DNA of 63,239 nucleotides, counting the filler, from Stramenopiles sp. TOSAG23-3 (Eukaryota): the NCBI GenBank assembly GCA_900128585.1. It is 11 parts of 11 records of this genome, joined end to end, with 100 filler letters (N's around TTAATTAATTAA, not from the genome) between each part and the next. Parts side by side here need not be neighbours in the genome. Positions count along the whole stretch, not along the records: positions 16,667 to 24,890 come from LT643047.1; positions 24,991 to 33,213 come from LT643048.1; 9 more parts are not named here. One strand, written 5' to 3'. A program made the position numbers and the translations under genes. Of this stretch, positions 18,751 to 30,300 are shown piece by piece (the stretch's first letter is position 1; every line of letters begins with the position of its first letter). Below the pieces are notes generated by a model. That model did no database searches and was not told where the DNA came from. It worked only from the letters and a program-made list of their open reading frames with translations.

Positions 18751-21105
18751 TCACACCTTCCTCTTAAAATGTTTTCCTCGTCTTGTGAGTTGGGCATTTA
18801 CTATTGGCCGATCCGAATCCAGCGGGGATTTTTTCCGTAATCGTTTAACTGCACTGCTATAAACTTGGTGCGGTGGACGATATGCTCCTGGTCCAGGAAC
18901 TTGATCAACGCTCGATTGGGGGGCCATTCCTTTACCGGAAAATATTTTAATAACGGCTGAATTCTTGATGGTAGACAAAACTTGGGGTCCCATCGAAGGC
19001 CTTCCTAAATATTGTGGGCCAGGTGATTCTGTACCCAATCGATCTGACGGTGCTCCCGGAAAATACCATTTTTTCCGGGCGTCTCGACCCGCAGTAGCAA
19101 AAATTAAACTGGGTGCACTGCGTATGCTACTAATAGGCACTTTCCCCATGACTGGGACTGGTGTGTACTCATTTGGTGCCGGAAGTTTACTAGCACGTAG
19201 CATTACCCACTCAACATCATCCATGGGGAATGCTGTACTAAATCTACCCCCCCCGGAAGCGTTTAAACTATTTCCAGTGACATTGTAAGACGCTGGACCA
19301 GGAACATCCAGTGTAGCTTCCGGGTTGATCTTCATATTTGGCTGGTGCATCTTTTTGCTGGCATCTCTCGTTCCTGTTGCCATACAAACAGTTCCTGGCG
19401 TGTGCACTCTTGGATCTGGGCCATATTTCATGCTCACAACGTCCTCTAGTGGTCCATTCAACCGATTAAATTTGCGCTGCATTCGTCTTAGTTTCAACAC
19501 GTGCTCATTAAAGTCGTTCACACAGAAAGTGTGCTCCTCTTTTGCTTCTTTTATGGCACGTTTTTTCAACTGCATAGCTCGCATACGTTTCTGTGCTCTT
19601 CGTTCCGCATCTTGCAGCTTTATTTCTGTAGTTTCTTCAACTTCCTCCTCCTTTTCTGCTCCTGGTTTTGAGTCATTTTTCTTTTTCTTTCGTCTTTTAT
19701 TGTTGCCTCCACCACCACTCGCCATCTCTTTTTCCATAGCAACCTGCTTTCGGAGTTGATACAATAATTTTTCATCTTCGTCCATGTCTCCTTTCAACTT
19801 TTCGTATGTGTTCTGAAAATCTTCCACAATTCTGTGAGTCTCCGAAACTAAACTTTCTCTTTCTTGAACTTGGTATTCCAGCGATTTAACCAAGTCATCA
19901 GTCTGGTCGCGGTCTGCTGTTACAGCATCCATTCGCTGCTCTATCGATGTGTTGTAAGCACCGGGACCTGGAATATTTTCGTACCTAACACGGTCTTGCA
20001 ATATTTCTACTGTTCGTTTTGTGAATTCAGGAAATCTGGCACCAGGAGACATTGGAAGTGGCGGCAGATCGTACATTGGACCCGGAGCAGTCAAACCCAC
20101 TGCAGTTGAAGGGCTGTGGGGCATATGCATTTTCTCGTTGAACCGTCTATCACTTCCAAATTTGATTGCTGGGTTTCTTGAGAAAGGGCGACTTCTCGGC
20201 AAGTCAGCACCATCAAATCGCTTTTCTACGGGCCCACGTCTGGAACCCGTTCGGCTACCACCAAACACAGTCGCCGGCCTTAGCCAATCGTAATTATTTA
20301 TGGTATTCTGGAATTGAGGAGTCAAAAGCCGTTTTTGAAGCTTTTCCTTGTCCTTATTTTCTTGAGCCAGCGTTTCTAGTTCCTGTCGGCGCTGGCGGAC
20401 TCGTAGCAGTCGCACGTCTCCTACAACGACGTTTCTGCCGAAGTGAGTAGAAGGAGAATGTGGTCTCAATACCATTGGCATGTCGGGGTGGCTATATTTG
20501 TAGCCTGCTCCTTGGCCTAAGGTTGCTTCAACAGTGGTCACTCCATGGCCCATGTACATTTTCGTCCTTTGTTTACGGGTGGAAGAGCCAAAGCTAACTT
20601 GGGCTGGCGATCTCTTGTTCGACTCCACCTGTTTTCCAACGGAAGACAATATTTGGTATGCCCCTGGACCAGGCATGCGTTTGTTGGCATCCACGGCCGC
20701 CTGCTGCGATGGCCTCAACATTCTTGGGGCGTTGAACTCTCTGTGGCCGCCAAGGGGTCCGAACTGTACTCCCCCGCCGTGAGACGGGAGAGAGAGTAAG
20801 CCATATGCGTTTGGTCCTGGAACAGAGCCATCGCAGTCGAAAATACTTACACGTTTCGATGCTGTCATTTTAATGCTTGTCGGACTCTTGTACTGTGATA
20901 AAGGCTGCTTCCCCAACCCATCAGGAAATGTGTACGATGCTGGACCAGGAATGCCGTTATCCAAAGGCTTCGGACGAGGAGGTTTCACATACCTGACTGG
21001 CGATGGGTTAGCATGTTTTCTCATATACTTCACACTATATGTGCTGGGACCTGGTTCTTCCGGCAGAGTGCCTGGGGCGCCGGCGTTTTGACAAAATGCA
21101 TCCAT
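18751..21105 (-). CDS. Sperm-tail PG-rich (STPG/SHIPPO/ODF3-like) repeat protein with a central coiled coil
   Basis: About 10 PGP(G/A)xY motifs (PGPSTY, PGPASY, PGPNAY, PGPGAY and others) flanking a coiled-coil block. Confidence 0.85.
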   Translation of the reverse strand: MDAFCQNAGAPGTLPEEPGPSTYSVKYMRKHANPSPVRYVKPPRPKPLDNGIPGPASYTFPDGLGKQPLSQYKSPTSIKMTASKRVSIFDCDGSVPGPNAYGLLSLPSHGGGVQFGPLGGHREFNAPRMLRPSQQAAVDANKRMPGPGAYQILSSVGKQVESNKRSPAQVSFGSSTRKQRTKMYMGHGVTTVEATLGQGAGYKYSHPDMPMVLRPHSPSTHFGRNVVVGDVRLLRVRQRRQELETLAQENKDKEKLQKRLLTPQFQNTINNYDWLRPATVFGGSRTGSRRGPVEKRFDGADLPRSRPFSRNPAIKFGSDRRFNEKMHMPHSPSTAVGLTAPGPMYDLPPLPMSPGARFPEFTKRTVEILQDRVRYENIPGPGAYNTSIEQRMDAVTADRDQTDDLVKSLEYQVQERESLVSETHRIVEDFQNTYEKLKGDMDEDEKLLYQLRKQVAMEKEMASGGGGNNKRRKKKKNDSKPGAEKEEEVEETTEIKLQDAERRAQKRMRAMQLKKRAIKEAKEEHTFCVNDFNEHVLKLRRMQRKFNRLNGPLEDVVSMKYGPDPRVHTPGTVCMATGTRDASKKMHQPNMKINPEATLDVPGPASYNVTGNSLNASGGGRFSTAFPMDDVEWVMLRASKLPAPNEYTPVPVMGKVPISSIRSAPSLIFATAGRDARKKWYFPGAPSDRLGTESPGPQYLGRPSMGPQVLSTIKNSAVIKIFSGKGMAPQSSVDQVPGPGAYRPPHQVYSSAVKRLRKKSPLDSDRPIVNAQLTRRGKHFKRKV

Positions 21106-22538
21106 GTTTCAAACGATGTATCTTTTAGTTGCAAAAAAAAATACTTTGAACAGTTCAACAAATTCTAATAACAGGCCAGCAATTTAAAATCTACAACAAC
21201 TAATGAATCGTGTGAGTCGTTTTCGCGCAAAATTCCAATCAAAGCATATCGACCTTTTTTTATCAGAAGAGAAGAAGAAGCAGCAACAAGTAAGAGACGA
21301 TGATGAAATAATAAATACATTATAATTAGTACTATTATTAGTCGTCGTCTTTCTATTTAAAAGTACTATAGATATTTTACCCATGCTGTATAGATGTACA
21401 AATGTAGGACTTTTAGCAGTTTGGTGAAACACCTGCTCTGCAGTGTAATGTCTCATCTCAGTTTTTATCGGATAAATTTTTTTGGATGTCCTGCCGTGCC
21501 ATCCAGTGCTGCCGCATTTGCCAGTAATAACTAGTACGAGTATTACATACTAGACTATAATAATAAAAGATAGGCAAGTTATTTGTTAAATTGTCTTAGC
21601 AGATCGCAGCGTTGTTATTACATACAGTAGAAAGAACGAATTTCCTCGTTCGCTTTTTTTAGTTCCTAGTAATTTTAATTATCTGCGCTGTCCAATTATT
21701 AACTACGTAGACGAATAGATCTATGGTGGCGACAGTCTTTTTATCATGGCATGGTGTTGGTGAGTGAGGCTGGAGATAATCAATCCTGCTGTGTAAAGCA
21801 CGTTGCCTACGTATTCTCCTATTCACTTATTAGATCGTAAAATTTGTACGTAGCAGGGTAAAAAGAAAGTCGTTAAAAGAAAAAACTGCATTGTAGTAGT
21901 GATACTGCTATATGGTGGAACTTTTCCGTTGGTCGTACTACATGGCATATCATCGCCAAATCTTATTGTTCTTTTTGACAACTTTTGTGTTGGGCGCGTG
22001 CACCGGAATAGCAACAGGACCGATATGGAACTAGACCGAGTGAAGCGATTATTTCGTATTAGTTGGTGGTTGATTGGTGCTGTAAAAATACCAGGAGATA
22101 GTTAGCTACGAGGTAGTCTACGAAGTAAATAAGAAAAGCCCATCCTTCGTGCTGCTAAATATCAATGCTATCGCGACGCTAAATTTTGGTCTGGTTGTTT
22201 TGTAGTAGTTTTTAAAAATGTATTGTGTTCGTAATTTCGATCCTAAATTCCATATAAAACAAGTACGTAGCACAGCATAGGGAGAAAACAAAATTACATC
22301 GTTTCCTGTCCCGTTTAGTCTGTATTGGAGGGAGTAGCAAGTGGCGTTGCGGTGGCGATTGAAGACTTTGGAGGGCCTCAAGCGCGATAGTATTTGTTTC
22401 TGGAAGATCGATCGGAAACATGTTTCTCACCCTTCGATCAAATATAAATTTCCCTATGCTAGAAGGCAGGTGTTTCTAAAGCTATTTAACAAAACATTGA
22501 AAAGAAAACCTTGATTTGTTAATTAAAACATTACTCCA

Positions 22539-24629
22539 ATGGCAGAAACCAGTCCAGACAGTAGTCCAGCAGAAGGGCAGGACACTGAGAAGAACGTGAC
22601 GAATAAATTCGTTGTCGGGGCTTCAAAAACAGCAGACGCGTCAAAACCAAACCCCTTCGGCGGAACAGGTCTCTCGGCCAACAAATGGACCGCCGCAAGA
22701 GGTCGCCTGAAAACGAGTGTTGTTCTGAACATATCAGCGAGAAAAAACGTACTGGCAAAAGCTGATATGCTGGTTGACGACGGCCACGGTCATCATCACC
22801 ATCACTGGTGTGGGAAGTATATGATTCACCCAAACAACAAAATCAGAAAGTATTGGGATGTTGGCACTGTGCTTTTCGTGCTATATTTGTGTTTCAAGAT
22901 TCCATTTTCTATGGGATTTGAGCACTGGTATGGCAACAAATCGTTAAAACCGTTTGAAATATTCATGGACTGGTGGTTTGGAATTGATATTATTCTGAAC
23001 TTTTGCACCGGTTTCATCCACGACGGGCACTTGGTAATGAACCCTTGGGCAACGATGAACCATTATTTTGAATTTTGGTTTTGGATTGATATCCTCGCTA
23101 CCATCCCTTTCGAAATGTTCGTCGAAGGGATGTCGAAAAAGGACCGCAAGGCAATCAAAATGGTTAAATGGCTGAAAATAACTAGATTGTTGCGTATTGG
23201 TCGAATTCTGAAGCTGCTAAAAGGCTATGCAAGATTCTACAAGGTATTTTTGGCATTGATTGGGTTCATCTGGATGATGCACTTTATGGGTTGTATGTGG
23301 ATTTCGATCGTAGAACCGTGCATCATGATGGATGCCAATGGATACCCCTGGTATGCGCACGATCGTATCGACCCAGTCGAGGTAGCATATATACAATATA
23401 AAGGCTACACCATGTATGCGGAAGGCTCCGACTGTAACGACGTTTGGCGCATGTACGCCACTGCTTTGGATTACGGCGCGAAAGCTATGCTTGGCGCTTC
23501 GCCTTTGCTCATTAGTGGCGAAGATGATTGGATTCACCGGGTTACCTCAAACCAAGCAGGCTCAATGCATGCATTTGGGTTCTTTACTTCAGCGTTCGGA
23601 ATTATTTGCACAGCGTGGGTGTTCGGCGAGACTTTCGTTATTCTGTCTCATGTAGACCCCCAGGGTTGGGATTATTTTGGAAGATTGGACCGCATCAAGA
23701 AAGAGCTTGTACTTTACAATCTCCCGGAAGATATACAACATGACGTACTGCAATACTATGATTATTTGTACATGAACAGTAAACACGGGAAACAGGCTAT
23801 CCTTGGCGATGTTGATATGAGCGTATCGTTAAAAAAGCGCGTAGCAATCGCGTTACACCTCGATACCATTAGAAAAATTGATTTGTTTAAAAATGCATCA
23901 ACCCCCTGCATCCAAAAAGCATGCCAATTCCTGGTTATGGAAATTCACATGCCACATGAAATTATCGTTTCCGCTGGAGAACAAAGTTTGCATGTAGACG
24001 CAATAAAGATGTACGTCGTTGAGCGAGGCAAGCTGAGCGTCATCAAGGGTCTTCCCAGCAAACATGCTACTAAGGGGCACCATGGTCATGGGCACGGGCA
24101 CGGGCATGGGGATCACGAAGAAAAGTCAGGGGTGCACGGCTATATTGCGAAATTCAAAAAGTTTGGTAAGAGTTCATTGAAGAAAAAACAAAAAACAGCC
24201 GAGGAGATCGAAGAAGACAAGAAATTCAAGGAAGCCCAGTTGTCAGAGCAATTCGGTCACGATGAAGAAGTTATTGTGACTGAAATTGGACCCGGGTTGT
24301 CTTTCGGAGAAATAAACATTATAGACCCATTCCATGCTAGGAACAACTCTATCCGTACCAAGACCATCTGCGAGCTGTACACCCTGACACACCACGATTT
24401 CAGAATTCTTTTGGAAGCGTTTCCAACTTTCGGAAACGAAGTCAAGAAAGTAGCAGACCGAAAGCATCTGAGCTTCACTCTAGACCATTACCACGAGGCA
24501 AGAGAGATGGAATTGCACGAAGGAAATCACGTTGATGACGTTCCTGTCAACGAAAAATTGAAATACATCGACAGGCAATTGAAAACCGTTATGGAAGGCA
24601 TTCGCAGGCTTGAGAAAGCAACTTCGTAA
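22539..24629 (+). CDS. Cyclic-nucleotide-binding-domain ion channel (KCNH/HCN/CNG superfamily)
   Basis: MIHPNNKIRKYWD, DIILNFCTGF, FWIDILATIPFE, S4 KWLKITRLLRIGRILK, C-linker, CNBD with FGEI...RNNSIR...CELYTL. Confidence 0.88.
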   Translation: MAETSPDSSPAEGQDTEKNVTNKFVVGASKTADASKPNPFGGTGLSANKWTAARGRLKTSVVLNISARKNVLAKADMLVDDGHGHHHHHWCGKYMIHPNNKIRKYWDVGTVLFVLYLCFKIPFSMGFEHWYGNKSLKPFEIFMDWWFGIDIILNFCTGFIHDGHLVMNPWATMNHYFEFWFWIDILATIPFEMFVEGMSKKDRKAIKMVKWLKITRLLRIGRILKLLKGYARFYKVFLALIGFIWMMHFMGCMWISIVEPCIMMDANGYPWYAHDRIDPVEVAYIQYKGYTMYAEGSDCNDVWRMYATALDYGAKAMLGASPLLISGEDDWIHRVTSNQAGSMHAFGFFTSAFGIICTAWVFGETFVILSHVDPQGWDYFGRLDRIKKELVLYNLPEDIQHDVLQYYDYLYMNSKHGKQAILGDVDMSVSLKKRVAIALHLDTIRKIDLFKNASTPCIQKACQFLVMEIHMPHEIIVSAGEQSLHVDAIKMYVVERGKLSVIKGLPSKHATKGHHGHGHGHGHGDHEEKSGVHGYIAKFKKFGKSSLKKKQKTAEEIEEDKKFKEAQLSEQFGHDEEVIVTEIGPGLSFGEINIIDPFHARNNSIRTKTICELYTLTHHDFRILLEAFPTFGNEVKKVADRKHLSFTLDHYHEAREMELHEGNHVDDVPVNEKLKYIDRQLKTVMEGIRRLEKATS

Positions 24630-24669
24630 AAAGATGGGCCCGTCGCCAGAATTATTTTACAAGCTATCA

Positions 24670-24890
24670 TTATCACATGAAAAACGAAAAATTGGCTGTA
24701 ATTTAAGTCAAATTAAAATTGATGTACTGCGAACTGATCTCTACTGTTGTGAGATCAGTTTTAGTAATCAATATATTCCCTTATCACTTACGTAGTCTTG
24801 ACTATCATTTTTCATGTGTACCCGTACTCCATGCATGATCCGAATCAGTGTGTGGAATTGCGTCGATGTCAAAAGACCCATAATCATTCA
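24670..24890 (-). mobile_element. Retroelement 3' end (ORF end plus tail), cut by the contig edge
   Basis: Reverse complement GATTATGGGTCTTTTGACATCGACGC..GGATCATGCATGGAGTAC..ATAGTCAAGACTA..GTGATAAGGG..CAGTTCGCAGTAC..TACAGCCAATTTT matches 6225-6365 and 6555-6610. Confidence 0.9.
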
Positions 24891-24992
24891 NNNNNNNNNN
24901 NNNNNNNNNNNNNNNNNNNNNNNNNNNNNNNNNNTTAATTAATTAANNNNNNNNNNNNNNNNNNNNNNNNNNNNNNNNNNNNNNNNNNNNGC

Positions 24993-26561
24993 GACGACCA
25001 CGGTCGTATTGAAGTCTGGGATGTTAAGACCGGCTGTCACCTTTATCGCTTTGAAAACGTTCACAGCACTGGCACTGGCGCCATGGTAACACAGTACGCG
25101 CTGAATGGCGAGGGAACTGCTCTGTTTATTTGTGGAACAGACGGAGCTGTTTCTGTGCGCCACCCATTTAACGGGGAATTGCTTGCAATTTTAGACGGAC
25201 GTTCGGACGAAAAAATTGGCACAAAAAGTAGTTTTGGGGAGCCCAGCACATGCATGCCTTTGATGCTAAACGGAAAATCATTCTTGCTGGTTGGCAGTAC
25301 TTTGGGAAAATTAGCGTTTTGGGAGCTGCCTAAATCGTTTAGCTCAAAAAATACCCCCATAATTTCAAGATCGTTTACGACGAGGGCGCACTCTTCAATG
25401 ATAACGGGTATGGTGCAGCGTTTAAAGAAAAGGCTCAATTCAAAATCGTACCATCTGGCGGTCATTGACTTGAGCGGTCAGTATATATTGTGGAACGCCA
25501 TAGACATGGTCAAACTAAATGTAATCGAAAAAGATGACGTTGCACAGAGCATCTCGTACATACCTCATTCCGATCTAGTGATTCTAGGTTATTCGAGTGG
25601 AGTCATGAGTTTGGTAAACTGTGAAAAAAATGGTTTTGTACTGATGTCTATATACGCGGGGGTAAACGACGACGACCAAAAGAAGTCTCAAAGCCCAGTT
25701 AAAGCCAAACAGAATAGCAATGGCGGTACCATGGGCATTGGTGTCGCTAGCCTCCACAGCACCCCGACATCTCTTTTTGCAGGAATAGACCAAGGATACG
25801 TAAGGTATTGGGACATTTCACAACTACCAAAAAATGCGAAGGACGGGGGAGACTGGGACACATCGTTTCAAAGCAGGAGCGTGTGGCGAGCACATCAAAA
25901 TCCTGTCGAAAACATCGTTTATATCGCAAAAAAGAATGTTCTTTTGCTGGGGTGCACACTAGAGAAGGCTGCGTCGTTATGGACCACGAATGGAATTTGC
26001 ATCGGTAAGTTTGGTTCGGACTACGTTTGGAAAGTCAGCGATGCATCAACGTATTTGGACGGAAACATTTTGGACGATAAATCTTTGATCCCTAAATGTG
26101 GCGAGAAAGCACGGGAGGAGAGGCGCTTAGCCAAGTCAAAACAAAGAAAGAAGCGAATCCGCTTGGACCGTGCCGAGAGAAAAAAGAAGTATTTAGACAT
26201 ATCTATGGATCTTGATGAAGATGCTGCAAGGGAAAATTATGATGAAGAAAGCGAGGACGACAATGCGGACGATGCGGTAGTGGAAAAAGCGAGGAATGGC
26301 TCGGAATCATATATAATTGAAAATGGACGGAAACAATACCTGGAGAAGAAGGAAATGAATATGTACCAAATGAACCAGATTAGGAAAAAGTTCAAAGATA
26401 AGTCCCTGGATTGGTGCATGTCACTTTACAATAACCATAGAAAGATACCTTCTATAGGCACTGTTCCAGGAAGGGAACTGATCAAAAATTTAAAAGGCCG
26501 AAAGGCAAAGCGATCAAAAGAGGCGCGTGAGTATGAGAGGAAAAGGTTTTTAACCGAATGA
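24993..26561 (+). CDS. WD40-repeat protein, WDR49/WDR64/EFCAB8-like; 5'-partial
   Basis: Frame is open from the contig edge (DDHGRIEVWDVKTG). WD repeats and WRAH...SLWTTNGICIGKFG..W tail. Confidence 0.75.
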   Translation, partial: DDHGRIEVWDVKTGCHLYRFENVHSTGTGAMVTQYALNGEGTALFICGTDGAVSVRHPFNGELLAILDGRSDEKIGTKSSFGEPSTCMPLMLNGKSFLLVGSTLGKLAFWELPKSFSSKNTPIISRSFTTRAHSSMITGMVQRLKKRLNSKSYHLAVIDLSGQYILWNAIDMVKLNVIEKDDVAQSISYIPHSDLVILGYSSGVMSLVNCEKNGFVLMSIYAGVNDDDQKKSQSPVKAKQNSNGGTMGIGVASLHSTPTSLFAGIDQGYVRYWDISQLPKNAKDGGDWDTSFQSRSVWRAHQNPVENIVYIAKKNVLLLGCTLEKAASLWTTNGICIGKFGSDYVWKVSDASTYLDGNILDDKSLIPKCGEKAREERRLAKSKQRKKRIRLDRAERKKKYLDISMDLDEDAARENYDEESEDDNADDAVVEKARNGSESYIIENGRKQYLEKKEMNMYQMNQIRKKFKDKSLDWCMSLYNNHRKIPSIGTVPGRELIKNLKGRKAKRSKEAREYERKRFLTE

Positions 26562-27344
26562 AAAAATATGAGAATAAAGAAGTTGGCGATGGGTGATGGC
26601 ATCGTTGAAAATCCAAATGTCGTACACAAGAGCATAAATACGAGGAGTCCTCGTAGTATAGATTTAAACGATAAGAGAAGTAAATCGGCACGAGGAGTCA
26701 AAACACTTCAGATAAATTACTAAGACTAAAAAGGATTATATCTATCATCCCCTCTATCACCCATTATTTTATAACCCTAACAATAACCCTAATACTTCTT
26801 ATTACATTTCCATTTCATTCAAATTGATTGTGTGTTCCTGTCAGGTGCTGTTCTTCACATTCAAAATAAATTGGCCAATAACGTCACACTATTGCCAACT
26901 ATCAATAGTGCAATAAAGAAGACTAGTCCTAGTTAGTATCTTACGAGGACTATCTCAACCCCTCCCGCCTCACGCACGAGTGAACTTAGTCCTCAGGATT
27001 TATTACCTACTAAATTATACTAAATATTTTCCGTACTGTATTTAATTACTAAATATATATAGTCTATTTAAGACAATCATTATATTTAAATAAAAAAAAA
27101 ATAAAAAAAAAAAACAACAACAACAACCACCACCAAACAAATTGTTTTATCTCAAAGTTGGTAAAGAATTTTATTAAATAATAATATACATAACATTAGA
27201 ATTTTCGAAGAAAAATTGTGAAAAGAAATATTACCCAATGATATTTTTCAATTGTAGTCGCGCAAGGTTGTTGATTAGCACGTGAAAGCACAAACACAAG
27301 ACGGTTTAATTCCGCAGTTCGTCTGGAAGACAGAGTCGGTGAGG

Positions 27345-30300
27345 ATGAGCACGGCAGTGTCGTTGAAAGCTCTGGAAATCCCTGGGAAGGTAACACAGGT
27401 TAAAATGGAAATTCCTGAAAGGGGCCATTACTACGAAGGGGACTGGCTTGATCCTCCAGGGGTTGCACATGGAAAGGGAAAGTACATATGGGAAGACGGT
27501 GCCCGCTACGAGGGTGATTGGAAAATGGGTTTAGCGGACGGCTTCGGTGTGAAAGCACACCCGAACGGTCAGCTTTTTGAGGGTATGTGGAAGAAGGACT
27601 TGCAGCACGGGGAAGGTAAATGCATGTACCCAGATGGAACCACATTTCAAGGCAATTTCAACAAAGGAATGAAAGATGGAAAGGGAACCTTGACGTTTCC
27701 AGACGGGTCCACATATGTAGGCAGTTTTTACAAGGATCTAATGCACGGTAAATCGGTTTTCAAGAGACTTGGGATAGGAATTTTTGAAGGAGAGTTTGAG
27801 AACAACAACATGAAGCTCGGAAAGTTTACGGCTGAAGATGGGGTCGTATATGATGGGCAATGGAGTCGTAACAAGCAACACGGCTGGGGCATTGCGTATA
27901 AGGAAGAAGAGGAGGGGAAGCGGTTGGGGTATTGGATAAGCGGGAGGCCAGCGACCGATAAAGAATTTTTAAATGACTTGATGAAGGATTTTCCACAGGC
28001 GAAAAAAGAAAGGCCGCTGCATTATGCATTATCAACCTTTGCTTCGAAGGAGAACATATTTCATTTCCTTAAGCTTTGCCCTGATGACGTGAAAAAGAAA
28101 GACAGAGCAGGCCTTTTACCGATACACACGGCTTCGTATAAAGGCGCCTCTGTGGAGGTCATCGAAAAGCTAGTCAAACTGTACCCCGAAGGCATTTCTG
28201 TGAGGACAATGGGCGGTGGCGTTCCGTTGCACAGTGCGATATTTGGACGAGCTTCATTTGAAACTACAATAAAGTTACTGGAGCACTTTCCTGAAGCAAC
28301 AAAAATTATCACTAAGAATGGAAACACATGCTTGGCACTCGCTTCATACAAGGGTCTCACGAGATTGGTACCGTTGTTCCTTGCGTTAGACCCGACCGCT
28401 ATTGACCGCAAGAATACTAAAAAGGAAACTCCGCGATCACTTGCCAAAGATTTCGGGCATCGTGATGTGTCCAAACTATTACGAGATGAAAGAAAAACAA
28501 TAAATGAATTTAAATACCATTTGAAGAAAGGAGGCATAGAAGGATTAACGTGGGATAAATTCATGGTATGGGCTAAGAAAGTTATGCCCCCAGATACGTA
28601 TAAGACATGGGCAGAAAAAAAGGAGAGCGCTGGGGCCGGGGTTTCAGAAAGCAAAAATTCTGTCGACAGAATTGTCCAGTCAGTTGTTCAAACAGATTGG
28701 ATGAACTTCAAATCGAACGGCAACTGGGCTTTAGAGAAGGTAAAGGAACTTCTTCGAAGCAATCCATCGGCGGCAAGGGAAGAAGATGAATATGGTTCAA
28801 TGCTTTTACACTGGGCAGTGTACATGGACGCACCACTTGAGACCGTTCAGTTCATATACAATGAAAATAAGTCAGCTGTTCGAGTACCTGGGAATAGCGG
28901 GCACTTGCCGTTACATTTTACCATATTTGGTTTCGAGACGGATCGGGAGATAAATTTTGATGTAGTTCAATATCTTTTCGATGCTTTCGAAGAAGGAGCA
29001 ATCGCCAAAACGTCAAAGGGAAATACTTTCATGCACATCATGTGCCAGACCGACAGAGCAGTACCAACAGAATGGTTGGAAATGCTGATGTTGAAGTATC
29101 CCCATTCTGCGTCGGTGAAGAACGACAACGGGTTACTGCCGATTCATCTACTGGCAGAGCACTGTCGGAGCAAAGAACAGCTTGATTTGCTGGTCAACAC
29201 CTATCCAAAAGGGGTCCAAGAAGCCGACCAAACAAATAAGTGGATCCCGCTGCACTACGCTGCCTCCGTTGGGAATCTTGTGGCCGTTCAGCTTCTGTTA
29301 AAGGCTTTTGCTCCAGGCGTGCATGAACTAGACTCGGAAGGAAATACACCGCTAAAGTTAGCGATGAATTACAAATCATTAAGCGTGTCCAGGGACAGAG
29401 AGGAAGTTATTGCATTGTTGGAAACGCAAAAATCAGCTGCCATGGACCATGCGAGGATGATTCTTCGTCAAGTTTTACTTTCAGGCGACAGTCAACCATG
29501 GATGCGTTCGAAGCTAATGCTAGTGGGTGAGGGTCGTGCCGGTAAAACGAGCACCTTGCGTTCTCTTATGGGAGAGGCATTTAGAGAGAACGAAATGAGC
29601 ACCATTGGGGCCACCACAAAGACATGCACCGTAAACAAATTCAACGTGAAGATTAATCGTGACAATACTGTTCAGCCATGGAAAGAGAAAGTTGACCAGC
29701 AGTCCGAGTTTGACACGGCAGTAGCAAAGCTTGTAAAAAAAGGCTTGCAGAAGAAGAAAGCAGAGATGCTTGTGAGCCAGAACCAGTTAAGAAAAAAACA
29801 AGTCGGAACGACCCCAACCGCTGCTTCTGTGGAACTTCATGATTCCGCTTCCCTTCGATCAAATGAAACGAAGAGCGAAGGGTCACAGCAGACTTTAATA
29901 AACGACTCTCTCTCAATAGATCAGGATCTCGACCGCGTAGACAAGGGATCGATTTTAGTTTCTTCTCTACCGAGTGGTTCTAAAGGTTCCGAAAGCATGC
30001 AAACCCCCTTTAGTGATCACATGGAGCAAACGCCTGTTCGAAGAATTCATACGGCGAGAAGCCCCGAGCAGCGAGCGGAAGAAATTATCAATAACTATGG
30101 CGATGTAGACATTCAGAACTTATTACAAGGGGCAGAGAACACTTTAAAGCTTGGTATTTGGGATTATGGTGGGCAGGAAATATTTTATGCTGTTCATCAC
30201 TTGTTTTTAACACGCTTTGGGGTATACCTTGTGCTATTTGACATGAGAAAGATCCTAAAACCCGAGACAAGGAGTGACTCAATTAATTTTATCAGGTTTT

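Noticed and set aside
26772-26792. Telomere-like TAACCCTAA units (also AACCCTAA near 63217)
   Set aside because: Only one or two isolated units, not an array.
26970-26980. ACGCACGAG-like motif also seen inverted near 36644
   Set aside because: Too short and too few occurrences to call a regulatory element by eye.
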